Of a stretch of 64,000 nucleotides of DNA, positions 43,141 through 57,600 are shown in pieces (within the stretch, counting starts at the first letter, position 1; every line of letters begins with the position of its first letter). The stretch is from Ascidiella aspersa (Eukaryota). A program made the position numbers and the translations under genes. Below the pieces are notes generated by a model that searched no databases, was not told the DNA's origin, and was given only the letters and a program-made list of their open reading frames with translations. The stretch spans positions 25,296,001 to 25,360,000 of the forward strand of contig OZ004611.1 of NCBI GenBank assembly GCA_963924565.1, given 5' to 3'.

Positions 43141-43490
43141 CAGGGGTTCTTAAACTGGGGTCCATGGACCCCTTGGGGGTCCGTGAAATCGTTTTAGGGG
43201 GGAGGGGGGGGGGCATAAAGGCCTAATTAAAATACTAGTGTATATTTAAGAAGTAATTAATTTTTCAAAGAAAACAGTTTAATTAAAATTAAAACGGTTT
43301 TGCACTAAATGTATATTTAGACTCTATTCCACTTTCACATTTTTCGGAACGAAATTAACAGATTTATAAAGTCTATTTTATTCTGACGTCAATTTATGAC
43401 TTCATTTTACAGCATTTCTTGCCTAACGGGGTCCATGTAAAGCAAAAAAAAATTGGGGGGTCCGCGGTAAAAAAGGTTTTAGAACCCCTG
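43141..43490. mobile_element. hAT MITE in the probable 3' UTR of the lectin gene
   Basis: TIRs caggggttct/agaacccctg with perfect 8-bp TSD gtctacgg. An inverted relative lies at ~59251-59542. Confidence 0.92.
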
Positions 43491-44109
43491 GTCTACGGTT
43501 ACCTCTGCTCCACCGTAATTAGCCTCTTTACGGTTACTAACCTCTTAAATATTTGTGCTTTTGTTCGAATGTTTACGGTTACTATCCCCTGCTTTAGACT
43601 TCATTCACTCAATTTTTACACAACTAATTTAAAACATGTAAAGACACACTTGTGCCAAGGCGAGCCTGCGACGTTTTTCTTCCGGTAAAAGGCGGGAAAT
43701 TTTTCTGTAAATGGCAAATTTTTACCCTTGTAGACTTCAATAGTTTTTAATGGCGTCGTGAATTTTCTATTTTTTTGACTCGTCTTGCCAATAGGTGCCT
43801 TACTTCACTGCCATCCGCCGTTTTTCTACGTTCACATTTTCCGAGCTAACTCGCTCATGGACTAACATTTCGATCACCCGCGTTTTACCCACCACTTATT
43901 CGAATGCGCACTTCGGGACAGCATATGGTGCTATGGCGCGAAATAAACCCTGTCACGAAAGTCGGGCTCTTTGTTTGTCACTTTAAAAGTTCGTATGTTT
44001 CGTCAAATTTTCTCACTCGATTTAGAGCCGCGAATGAAATATCAAAGGGTCCGCGCAAACAATTTTGGCACGCGAGCCGTACTCTGCATTTAACGAGCAT
44101 AAAAAGTTG

Positions 44110-44215
44110 GTTTGGAGGTTGTAGTAAGACGCATAATAAGAATATCAAAGCTCATACGGAAGTAGGTAGCATTTTGAACGTTTCGGATACCTCTTTATTC
44201 ATTTCAACAATGTTT
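44110..44215. repeat. Dispersed hairpin repeat family (aagaatatcaaagcccatacagaagtaggtagcattttgaacgtttcg)
   Basis: Copies at ~24175-24295, 28215-28350, 44110-44215, 54485-54560 and 54895-55030, several of them self-complementary. Confidence 0.75.
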
Positions 44216-45670
44216 ATTTTATAAAACCACGCAAGAGTAAGCTGTGAAGCCACAAAAAATATTTTTGAAAACATTGTAACAATCGATGAATTTTATGGAT
44301 GTTTACCAGATAGGATTTTGCCTTTTTAATAGCCGAAACATCGCGATTGTATGGTTCTTCAATGTCGCTGCACTGAATGTTGCATTACATGGTAAACTAT
44401 TGTTTACTACTGGGTTTTATGAAATAACTTTAGAGTTTTGTCAGAATGAAATGTATTAGTAAACGAAACGTAATTTACACGAAAGGTAATTTTTTTTTTA
44501 ATTTTTCGTGGTATTACTTTTTCCAAATAGCCACAAAAGGACGTCTAGGATCTTGGTTATCAATTACAAAACGTTTTATTTTGCGTACCGTATTTAAAAT
44601 TTAGTTTTGAAATTAAACACACCGCTCATAAACAAGCTTACAAGTTAAGGTGGAAGGTGTTTTACCGACCGGGGAAGTACCACCGCCCATTGGTAAACGC
44701 AAGTATTTACCTTAAATGTGGGATGCCGGGTCAAGTTCTTGCCAAAATGCTTAAGTTTGACTTGAATGCGTTCTCAACTGAATGTTTATCATGTCCTTAT
44801 TCTGCTGCACGCCAGCATAGCAGACTAAACAAAACAGGTTCTTGCTTTTCCAGGCTTTGTAAGGTAGGCTAGGCGAGGACCTTGGTTTAGTTAGGCACAA
44901 AAACATTGGTAAAACGATATAGGTAAAGAAGTGAAGCCTAACACATTTGTTTTTCGAAAAAAAACTTTGTTTTTAATCTCGCTATACCAATGGTGCCAAT
45001 AATTTGAACTACAAAGTACAAAGTGATTTTTTCGATTATGTTGTTTGTCAATATCTTGTCCGTTTCACTCTGTTTTAAACACATTTTTCATAAAGATGTA
45101 ATCGAAACTACACAAATCGAACATTTTTGAAAAAAAGTGTGGTGTGTTCAACCTAAAAAACGTAAAATTCAGAACAATCAGCAAATACTTTGCGATGGAA
45201 CAACTCCGGCCAAGCAAAGATTAGAATGGAACAACGACTTTACCGCATAAAGTAAGACTTGCGAATGGCAAAATGGCTTTCTACAAAAAAACAGCACATA
45301 TGTTGGTAGCTTATGCCGCCAGTGGCAAAATCTTTTAACAATTTTAAATTCATCTGTAAGATATTACTGTTTAAGTATTGAGTAGGCCTACCCAGTTCAA
45401 ACCTTTATCAGGAAAAATTGTTTTAATCTTTTAATTTTTTTGACTCTAAAACGCCTGGCGCAACTTGGAAAAGTTGCATACTGCAATAATACACGACCAA
45501 TCCGCAATGATTTTGCTTCCTTTTATCAAAAAAATCTAAGAAGAGTTTCCAGCGGTGGAATCCAATTCCAAAATCCGGCGAGCGTATACTCTTTATATAT
45601 TTGGCGGCCAGCTGCGTCGCTTTTGCAGCCCCAAATCCCCAGAACTTTTAAGTTTGACTTTCTGAGTGAT

Positions 45671-48600
45671 TTACGAATTGATTAGTGCGGAGCCGTTTCC
45701 CTGTTTGCTTTTATCCACGACCTTGCTTCCCCTCGGCTTGACCAGTTTCCATTTGTTTTCGTTCGACGCGTCGCTGTTGCGATCCTCGTAAACCGCCAAG
45801 GACGCCCGGGTTAAGGCCCCTGTAACGAAAAATGGTGCAAAAGGTTCAATTAGAAAGCGAGATTTTTTGACAGGTTCAATTTTGCTTTCTCCATCGTACC
45901 CATTGGGGCCACGGGCGCATACTATTCAATTAACAGCTTGTCAAACTTAAATTTCTAGTTTTCATTATGACTTCAGAGACCATCCTTGTGACGTAACGGT
46001 AACGCGACGCATTTTTCCAAGACGCTGGGGGAAGACCCGGACAACTAAATTTATTTTACCTTTTTAAATTAGATTAGAATTAAACTTGTTGCATTTCAGT
46101 TTTTCCAACTTAGCCTAAAATTCGAATTAGATCATTTACGTTTTTCGAATTAGATTAAAACTAGAACTACTAATTTTCTGCAAACCAGAATATCAATTAG
46201 AACAGCTATAGTGCTCTTCAACCTTTTTTGGTTTGGTGAACCCTAAAGTTGTTCTGAAGAAGTTATGCACACTGTTTACTTAAAAGGTAAACTGATGTAA
46301 AAAAAGCGATATGCAAAATCATTATGCATACTAATATCATCATGTCAATTAAACCGAGCGGAGCTGCCGAAGTTTTACACACTGTGGGTGAGAGTTTATG
46401 GCTGCAGGCTGCTTGCGTGCTATTGCATGTCATAAAAAAACACCATTCAATAAAACTTGATAAAATAGCAAAGAAACTATTTAACGACTGTTGTCTTTAA
46501 AAATCTTAAATAATAATGGTTCATTAAAAGTTTGTGATGCACCCTTGTATACCTTTTCGTACTGGTGCACCGCATGCATATTTTGGTGCACCCTAGGGCA
46601 GTGGTTCCCAACATGTTTTTGAGGTGACCCATTTTGAAAGAAAAATTAGTTTGGTATAAACCTGCGACCCAAGCAAATTGTCGTAATATCACATAAGATT
46701 GCGTTGCAAATAAACTGCACTACCAAAGCGGTTACTTTTTCCGAAAACAATATGTTTATCAAACCACTAATAGATAGTTGTACTCGCTTGCTGTCAGTGA
46801 GGTTTTGAAATCGAGGCGTTAGTTGGCTTGAGCATAGACCCGTTCTGCTTTATCTTTAGGCCGGTTTCGCTGTTTAGTTTATATATTTTTGTGTTTATAA
46901 TTTCCGGTTTGTGATCTTTTCACGTTTTAATTTTTCTTTTATTGTTTTTTTTTTCTTCCAAGATATGCCTAAAAAACAAGCGACCCAACTTTGGGTCGCG
47001 ACCCATTCGTTGGGAACCACTGCCCTAGGGTGCCCAACGTTAAAGAGTACTGAACTATACTGTAGCGGAATTATAATCGATTACGATTAGTTTAGTTTAA
47101 ATCGCAATTTAATCTCAGGAATTTAAATGGCAATTATTCCTGTGTTTTTATACGTGTTACCTTTTATGCTTTTCAGGCTGTAAAATTCACCTAGAAGTCA
47201 TTCCTTGCAATTCAAATTCGACTAGGAAACTAAAATTGCCGTTGGACAAACTGGTATTTTTGGTAAAATCCGAACAAGGTTTTCACAAATTAGATTAGAA
47301 TTGGAATTAGCCGCATTTTGCTCTAATTGGTCGATTTAGAAAACTAGAATTATTTAGTTGTCCAATATTTAGTTGTGATAAGTCTGGCGCAGGTCTATAC
47401 CGGTTGTGAGCCCATGTAAGCAGGACAGCACGAAATTTTTTGAAAAGGTATTGCAGGAGAAAAGCCGTACTGCAGGAAAAACACTAATGTGTTAACGTTT
47501 AGATTTTCTCTAATAAAAATATATTTAAAACAAAAATCTTAAAAGGGTATTGGCAGCATTATTCAATCATGTTATAACCCAAACGCTTTCTACTTCAAAT
47601 GTTTTGGCCTATGTAGATACATCTAGTCACAATCACCCTGGCTAGCATTCAATTCGAAACAAAATCGCTACTCACTGATTCCCAACGGTTTTCGAATTGC
47701 GTTTCTTCTTCTCGCCGCTCCCCTGACTAATATCCGCGAGACGTCGCTGCGGAGTCGACTGAGCATGAACGTGTAAACGATCGGGTTTACGACGCTGCTG
47801 AGGTAAGTGGTCATCTCGATTCCCTCGACCGCGAATCCCGACAGCGTCTCACCGTAGTGAATGCGGCTGTAGTGACTGCCTGTCAATGAGAACGCCAGTG
47901 TTGTAGTGACTTAAGTCAATGACTGACTTTACCTAAGAGCACTTAAGCCACTGTTTTAAAATGACTTGATTGGCTTAAGTTCTGTGGCCGTAATGCCTTG
48001 ACTTGACTTAACGTTTTTGGAAGAATGACTTGACTTGGTCTGAAGTCATTTCGTGAAGTACCTTGGGTTAAAATTAAGTGTTTCCATTAAATATTTTTAA
48101 ATCAAATTGGGTTATTTGTCTCAATGTTTGTACATAAAACAATTTCCATGCTGTGTATAGCGTTTTGTTACTTTTGGTTGAGTTATTGCTCACAATCGGA
48201 CGAATTTACCAATTTTAATGAACGCCAAAAAGAGTAGGGGAGATGCGGGACCCATAGAACGGATTTGTTTTTTCCGTAATATCTTGGAAAAAATAATTTA
48301 AATCTGACATATCTTTCTAAGTTTTTTTTTATTTAAAAAACCTAAAAAAAATTTTTTTTTTACACCCGATGGGACCTATGGAACCGACCATGACTGCATC
48401 TAAAGATACTGCGCTGAGTATTCCTGATGTGCATAACTACTCAGTTAATGGTGTAGAAATAGCGGCACAAGAAAATGGATTTGGAGAAATAAAATAAAAA
48501 CACATGGAAACAAGTATACAAAATGCTGAAATGTTATTAGTTTATTTCTGGTAGAATTTGCAACCAAGGTTTATTATATCAATTGTTTTTATTTTTTAGG

Positions 48601-51600
48601 AGAACATATCTGCAAACATAATAATAGTCAAATGTACGATTTTGTCGAGTCCCGAGCCCGACTCTGACTCTACAGCCTGTATTCCGCCAAATTACGCAAT
48701 CCACTTATAGGGATGTCATATAATTTATCCACGCACAATAACTGGTTCGAAAATATCCACCATATGCTATTCCGCTTTAACAAACTGCAATTGACGGCAA
48801 TATCAGTTTGGGTACTGCGCATGCGCACGTCGGACTCGGAACTCTGGTAGTTTCACGTGGTTTTACTCGAGTCTCGAGTCCCACTCCTTCGAGTACCAAG
48901 TCCGAGCCCGACTCCGCAGCCCTGTCCTCTGTGAACAACCCCTTATTACATGTTCTTGTCTTAAAAGTTGGCATACCAATATATTTTTAAAATCCAAAAG
49001 TATGATCACAAAATGATCGGGAGACCAATGGAACAGACTGTTCCAAAAGTCCTCTAATCGCCATTTTTAATAAAAACACTCATGACTAGCCCGTACTCTG
49101 AACTAAATTATTTAAACTAACTTTCAACATGTACCAAGATAACCCCTCTCTCCACAAAAAAATATTCACTGCAAAAAAAAATATATATATATTCTACAAT
49201 TACCTAAAGACTATCAAAACACCTTACGGATGTCAAGCTAAAAGTACATTTTTCACCTAAAAAAGTGAAAAATTGGAATAAATCAACCATTTCCAAAAGC
49301 ACGCTATAGAACTTTTTGGAAAAAGTTCTGTACACAAAATCTCATTCCCACAACTAAAATTTTATTTAGTTCCGCCAACAGGGGGCGCAATATGCCAGTG
49401 TTCCATGGGTCCCGCACTTCCCCTACTTGGTAGAAAATTGCTTTCAACTTGCGGTCATTTTTCGAATGTAGGCCTCTATACGTTCATAAACGTAACTGGA
49501 GGAGAAAAGTTACTCAGGAATATAGACTGATTTGGGCTAGTGTGGTAAATAAACCTAGGTGTTTTTTAAGCCAAACCATAGTTATAGATATTTTTTAATA
49601 AATTTTAAAGCCTAAAAGGTCGAGTAGATTGACATCATCTTGTTTAAGACATTTCGATACGCACTTGTATCATCTTAAGTTAATGTGGCTGAGAAGTAAA
49701 TCATCCCACCTTTTATAAGTGATGCTTTGATTTCACATTAACTGAAAGATGATACAAGTTCGTTTCGAAACGTCCTAGTCAAAATGATGTCGATGTACTT
49801 ACTCAACCTTTTGGCTTTGCAATTCGTTATAAAGCTACGTTTCAGATCGGTGCACATTGTACCCTAGTATATTGGTAACCATAAGTCTATGTATCAAGAA
49901 GCGTCTATGAAAAATTTATGAAAATGAGAATTTTATTGTGGTATTGGTAGCCCTAAAGCAAACGCAGTTAAAATGTAAATTAAAGCGCTTAGTTTATTAC
50001 AACTTGCCATTTAACATAGGCTAACCAGAATCAGTTGAAATTTTAAGTAGTAACCATACAAACAGGCGCGAAAAGCGTCATAAGCGGTAAGAATCCAATT
50101 TACGACGGCGGCTTTCAGGGCGGCGGCCAATTTAGCTAAGGCAGTGGTTCCCAACAATATGAGTTTGGATCTCAGCGCAGGAAGTTTTTTGCGCTACATT
50201 TTTGAGAAAAGCATACCCGTCACTATAGGGATGTTTGGTAACACCTGAAACGTTTAATTTTTTCTGTAGTTTGCTTGTATAAGCATAGCAATGAATTAAT
50301 TTAGTTTCGGACCGGATCGCGATATTTTTTGTCTGAAATATCGTTATCGTAATAAAATGACTTAATTCAGTGTTTCCCAATCTTTTTAGGCTTGCGGTAC
50401 CCTAAAGGAAATAGAAATAGTTCGCGGCACCCTTGCTCGTATTTTTGCTGAGTGGTTGACTGTAACCCTAATATAAACGAGATTGAAACGCCACATTACC
50501 TGTTCTACAATGTTGATGAAACCTTTTGGCACTTTTTTCGTAGACAAAAAATTGTATCAAGAAGCTTACCAACGGAGCAACATCCTGGAGTGCCGCGGCA
50601 CCTCGTTTGAGAACCACTTGGCTATAAGCATTGTATTTCACCTCGTTCAACACACGAGCATGTTAAGCATTCGGGAGGACTTTGTAAGTTGTCAAAAAAA
50701 TTAGCAAATGTTCAGGCGCATGTAAACCTGAATTTAAACGGATAAATCTGTTGGCCAAAGCTTTAAAGACGAAAGGAGATTTTTATTTTAAACTGTAAGC
50801 GTAATTTTGACTATTAGCGTTCGGCGTGTATTTCGACATGACTTGATACGTTTACGCGCGCCAACATGAGGTGACGAGGTTTAAAGTAACGGACATTCCT
50901 CTAATTCCACGGTTTTCTGAATTACAAAAAGGCGCTCACCTGTTTCGGTTATAAATGTGAACACGATGTAGGGCACCGTTGACATCGTCATGCTCAGCGT
51001 GATGATGCACGCGAAAAACGACGAAGTATCCCGAGTGATCCCGAACGCGTGACGTAGTCGCAGCTCGGCCTGTCTCCCCGGGCCGAGATCGATCTGACAA
51101 CAACAACAAGGACATCAGTTTGTGCGAACCGCATTTCGGCGCATTTTAGATCCATTGTAATTCGCTTAATGGCAACGAGCGACCGGCTCCGTCGCAGCTT
51201 AAACCTCGGCTTGAAATGTATCTTGTTTGGAGCATAAAAAACAAACTGATTTGCGACTGTCGGTATGATCAAGCAGCCCAGATTGTGATTACAGGCATTT
51301 CACCACATTCTGGTCATTTAATGAAAACTCATTGAGATCAAGTTTTGTGTGTTTTATTTTTACAATTTGTTGAGATTTTACCCCTTTAAGTCAGATTAGA
51401 ATCAACACAATTAATAAAAGGAAAAGGTTAACACTGTATGAACGTTACGCGAATTTTGATGTTTTCTAAAAATAAGTGGTTTTTTAACCTTTCGAGTCGA
51501 TACGCAAGGAGTTTTTTAAAATTAATACAACCGTATAAAAATTACCTTCTACCAATTAATGAATAAACAACACATAGAATGACGTAGCAACTTACATTAT

Positions 51601-54600
51601 AATAAACAACCAAATTGAAATAATATGAGGGTAAAATTTGTTGTGCAACAATCTTTCAGGATTTGTAGTGTTCTAATAAGACGCCAAAGTATGTTCTGAC
51701 AAAAAAAAAAGATTCTCATATTTTTGTTTTCTTTATCCTTTTTAGCAGCTACAAAACACCTGTCATTTGATAAAGGCAGCAGTTCGTATTCGTAATCGAT
51801 AGTAACTAAATTAATTTGGGCGTAAAATTTTTTCATCGTTTTTGAACTCTCATATCTGACTTAAACCCCCCACTTTTATCGAAAATGCGTCATGGCATTG
51901 ACGTTCCTCCAATTAGTTTGGGGAAATTCTACTTTAACTTCGTTAAAGATGCTTCAGAAAAAGAAATAACATTGTTTAACGTAAAAGGGATAGAGCTCAA
52001 CGTGTTGTCTTGTGCTAAAGTGTTTTGAAATCGTCTGCTTACATTTGTGTAAGACAATCTTAATTAAGTTTACTTAACCCCAATAAAAATACCAGTTTAT
52101 GGCAAAAAAGTAATGTATCTTACCCAAAGCTATTACTGAAACACAAAACTTTGATCCCTTTTTGTATGCGTTAACTATCGTGAATGAAGTTAATCTTTCG
52201 ATCAATTTCGATTGTAGTAACTAGTAAATGCATTTTTTAAGCGAAGGACCCCTGATCCTTAATTGTTAGTTTGTCTTGCTGCAGCTTAAAATTGTGCTTT
52301 CAAAAATAGACTTACCTATTAACGCGCGATTTTCTTCACAGCACACAACTAATGATTCTTAACCTATATATAATACCAACGCCCACAAGGGAAAAGGAAG
52401 TTAAAAATAGCGCTAATGGTGCCAGTAACGCATGGTCACGATTTCTTGTCTAGAAACATGGTTATAAAATTAAACCTACGCTTTATTTTGGAGGTTCTCG
52501 TGCCAACAATGACCTTTAACGCTAATGTGTTTTCCATTTGCCGCCCAACCTTCGCCATCATAACCACTTTTGTAGACAAGTGATTTCGAAATTTAGTCAG
52601 TCATTTTTAATACAGAAAAATAAGCAAGCATCTCCGGTCAAGGCATTGACATTAGAATTTAATCTAAGAAGTAAAATTTCGCGAAGCAAACACTAAAAAC
52701 AAAACAAATGATAAGCGAGATTTTTTACGCACAATATATAAGTACAATAACCCAGTGGTTCTCAACCGCCGGTCCGCCAAAATGTTACAATTTTATTTCT
52801 CAATTGCAAAATTCAAGTTGTTGAAGGCTTATCCATCAAATTTAGAACTTCGCCAGCTCCGTAATTTGCAGCATTGTCACGTAAGGATAAAGTTAATGGT
52901 CTACTTTCTACTTAATTGTACGTCACAACGCTGAAAGTGTTTTGGCCAACTGTTTAAAAGTAGGCTACAGCTCGTTAAAGTTTTAAACTTTAAGACCAGT
53001 TGTTTGTGAAAGCTAAGAAGTGTTTTAGTTGCATACTGTTGCGTTATTAAATTTTGGGTTTATTTTGATTTTTGAAGGTCCACCGGTCCGTAAAACTTGT
53101 TTTTTAATTTTACTGGTCCGCATCCTAAAAAGGTTGAGAACCACTGCAATAACCCATATTTTACGGAAAATATTTTCATATATGACACTATAGATTAATT
53201 CCAGTCATGCAAGTCAAGTCCAAGTCAAGTAATTTTCTGCAAATCACCGAAGTAATTTAATAGGGGTGTTAAAAGAGAAAAAGAGAATCGAGGTATTGAC
53301 TTAACCAATTATTAAATCGAGTTATTAACTTAAGCCATCATAACTCTGATAATAATCATCATGAACACTGTTGGTGATCAAAGTAATAAAATACCGAAAG
53401 CAGTCATATTTGGAACACTCTGATGTGCAAAATATCTCATGTAAATTTCTACGAATCAAGCTTGCATTTTCTGTTTGTGTTAAACTCAGAACATTTTAAG
53501 TTAGCCGATTCATAGAATATTTAAGTTAGCCAGAGAAGCTTGTGCGTGCACTGACGTTTATACGATCTCCGCCAAGTCAGTGTAGTCATCCAAAAATCAA
53601 CCTTAAGCTTTTAAAGCGAAGCCCCACTCAATAACCATTCGGTTTTCAACGATGTCCTTGCTTTTTGTTATCGTTAAACACATGATAACTAGTTGCTGTT
53701 TGTTACAAAAAAAATACTATTTTAAGTCAATTTAACATATAATGGCCTATAACTACGAGTGTTGTAATGACATAGTTTATGACTTAGGTCACTGTTTTCA
53801 AATGAATTCAGTAATATGACTTGATTTGCCTTAGGTATTTTAGACAAATGACTTGACTTGGACTTAAGTCCTTGACTTAAATGACTTGTGATAAAAAGTT
53901 TTTTCATTTAGCATTTTATTATAAAATTATGCTATTTATCCCAAGTTTTGCGCGTAAAACGATAATATGACTAGATGTGTTTTTTTACATTTTTTGTTGA
54001 ATCTTTGCTCCTAATCGAACGAGTTTGGCAATTTTAATGGTTTATCGTTTTATTATTATATTAGTCGTTTGACTTGGAGATGAGTATCAAGAGATGACTT
54101 GCTCTAATATTGACTTGACTAGGACTTGAGTTGGGCAGCTGATGACTTGGACGGGGACTTGAGTTGCTGTTTTTTTAAAAGACTTGACTTGGACTGAAGT
54201 CATTTTAAAACGACTTGACTAAAACACAGATAACGAGCATTAGAAACTCACTCTTTGAACGGAGGTTTTGGTGCAGGTCGTTATGATGTTGCAGAGAAGC
54301 ATTAGGCCGCACAGCATAGTGTTACATGCGCTCAGCATGATCAGGTAAACCCTTCGCGTAGGTGCCTTTAGCACTGAACAGTCGTAGGCCGCTGGATCCT
54401 CTAAAAACATTTTCTTTATTTACGTTCGGTGTATTTAAACCTTTCTCCATTAAATATAGTAATCAAACTATTATTTTGGAGCAGAATGGTTGTAAGTAAT
54501 CGGGTGGTAAAAATGAATGAAGAGTTATTCGAAACGTTCACAAAATGCTACCTATTTCTTCATGGACTGACTGTTCCTTTCTGGGTAAATTTAGTTGCCT

Positions 54601-57600
54601 CTCGACTTTTAGTTGCCTCTCGACCGAACGTATAAGTAACGCCAATGGGAAATACTAATTCCTGGTTCGTTGGCTTTGTTGGCATTATGATCATGTATGT
54701 CATCTTTTTCACAACTACTTGGAGCTATTTTTCCTCATATGCTTGCAGCACTTTTGAAAGTATTTTAGGTATAATGCAAGAATCGATTGATCAGGTTGGC
54801 TTTGTCACCTACTAAGGTGCTTCTCATTTCCATTTTGATTAAGGACATTTTTACTTTACTTTTATTAACAACTACGTGTAGTATTACGTAGTAAAAATAT
54901 CAATGCCCATACAGAAGTAACATTTTGAACGTTTCGAATAACTCTTTATTCCTTTTGAACAACGTCCAAAATAATACCTACTTTTATAAGGGCTTTGATA
55001 TTCTTATTTTGTCTTACTATAACTTCCAACCATTATGCTCTAAACATGTAGTATTGTTCGTGCAAAGTATTTTTGTTGAAATGATAATAATACATATTAT
55101 CTTTCTCCGCGAATATCTGGCGAACTTTTGTCATTCCACAACTTCGTTATGTTTTTGTCATTTTAGCAGTTTAGCTTACTGAGCATTTCACCTATAAACA
55201 ACCTCACACCACTATGTTACGTTATACCGATTGGCCGTGTGGTTTACCCGGCCGTTTGCAAATTACCTTTCCGATTTTCCCCAATTATCAGTGTTGGAAA
55301 GACTTAAGTCATTGACTTGACTTAAGTGCACTCAAGTCACGGTTTTCCAATTACTTGACTTGACTCAAGTATTTCGACCAAAATGACTTGACTTGGCTTA
55401 AGTTTTTTGGACAAATGACTTGACTTGGACTTTTGTCAAATAACTTGGGATTAAATTAAGTGTTTTTCATTAAAAAGATTCTCAAGTTTTGAATTTTGTT
55501 GCTCATAATCGGATGAATTTACCAATTTTAATAGTTTAACAGTTTACTTTTATGTCAATGACATGACTTGAAATTGACTTGCTCTCACAATAACCTGACT
55601 GGGACTTGACTTAGGCAACCGGTGACTTGTACTAAGACTTGACTTGTTATTTTTGCAAGAGACTTTCCTTGGACTAAAGTCATATCAAATTGACTTGTTT
55701 ACAACACTGCCAATTTTACCTGTTTGATCGAGTACCTCATCGTTCTCTACAACCAGAAACCTAGTCAGGTTGGCGTCGGGGTTCCTGGAAACGCACTGCG
55801 TAAGATCGGTATGGCAGTGGTGCTTGATCGGAGCGAATATGAACGCCATGGTAAAGACCCAAATGGTGCCTATGAGCATGCAGGTGACGCCTGGACTGCG
55901 TAGAGCTGAAGTCTTGCCCAGGCAGATTTGTGATTTGGTCGGGATGGCAGCCGCCCTCGCCAGAGCTTGCGTTGAAGTAATTCTCAGCACCTGGGAATTA
56001 AGTTAAATTTTTTAAGAAAAAAAAACGAAAATTGGTGCGATATTTCCGCGTTGAAATTTGTGGGCATTACACTTGGTTCCGTATCACGTTACTGTATTTT
56101 TTATGTCCGCAGCCACTATTTCCCCTTACACTTGTTAAATAAAAAAAAATTTACCCGAGAAATGACAAAAGATACTTATATTACAAGGTTGTCTATATTT
56201 TTTAGGTATTTTTTAAGAATTAGCTAAAAAGTTTAAGAATGTCAAAGATGCCAAAATAGTTAAATATCATTTTTTCCAAGCATGTTATTTTGTAGTAGTT
56301 CAATTTTTCAAAAAAGCAAGTAAATTATGAATTATTATCGATTTTTTCTCATTACAAATATACAATCTTACCAAAAAAACTCTAAAAAATGAGCTCATAA
56401 GTGACGTTCTCTAACTTTTTTGCACACGCGAAAAAGTAATTGCGCGACATAGGAGGTGCAAATCTAAGAAAATTCCGGAGTAAGAACCCACCAGGTTGAG
56501 CAAAGTGGCGCTCGCGATCGACACGAAGATACTTCCGTGCAGAACTCCAGTGATCAGGTTTCGAGTAACTTCCTGAAAGTTCTCGCCGGAAAAGTTCAGT
56601 CTGCAAACAGCAGTGTTGTAATGACTTAAGAAATTTAAGTCACGGTTTTCAAATGACTTTAGGTTGACTTGACTTAAGTCTTTGACACAATGACTTGACT
56701 TGACTTAAGTCTTTGACAAAATGACTTGACTTGACTTAATTCTTTGACAAAATGACTTGCCTTGACGTAAGTCGCACAATTTATAAGATACTACGAGTGG
56801 ATAGGCTACTTTGTGGAATTTATTTAAATAATATATTTCAAAACAAAGCGACCGATCAATTTTTTATTGAACTACAACATCCTAATAAAATTACTCCTCT
56901 ATTATAGAGCTCGGTTTCCGAAGGGCGCGCATTTCCTAACGAAAGACATTAAGCGGAAATATTGAGCTCGCTTTTTGCGGAGAACTGGCCCTCTCTTAAG
57001 GGCTATTCGTCTTCATTTTACTGGATTACGAACGCCGACATTTGGCTGAAAAGCAATTTATCAACAGCCTCTGTCAACATTAGGGGGTAATCAGTAGGAT
57101 ATATAATTACACCAGGCTCACAGTTTACCATAATCTATGACCCACTGAAATCCATTAAACTTTAATGCGATCCTTCTGTCAAGTTGGCCTGCAGCGTGTT
57201 GTAAGCTGGCACCTTTATTATCGCTCTACACACCAATAGGGTCTTATGCACAGGTTTGTGCAAAATGCCGAAAACAAAAGTCCTGCGAAGATACGGCTGA
57301 CAAGAAACGTATTCATTCTAAAAAAATCCTTTTTAGTAAAAACTAATTAATTCCGTCTTGATCTCTTTCTAGCGGTTTTAATGGAACGCTTTAACCTTTT
57401 TCAACAGTTCTCATATGCAGTTATGGGTTTTTCATATGCAGTTAGGTATTACTCCCATTTAGGCTTCACCGTAGATCAGTGGTTCCAAACGGACCATGGT
57501 TTGTTGCCTTTGATACTCAATGGAGCCAAAAAAGTTGGTAACCACTGCTTAAAACGTTACCAAATTTAAAAGGCTCAATCACGTATTTCAGTTATGTAGT

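Noticed and set aside
54510-54545. Hammerhead in the aatgaagagttattcgaaacgtt hairpin family
   Set aside because: GAAACGTT is present, but there is no CUGANGA and stem II is minimal in all copies seen.
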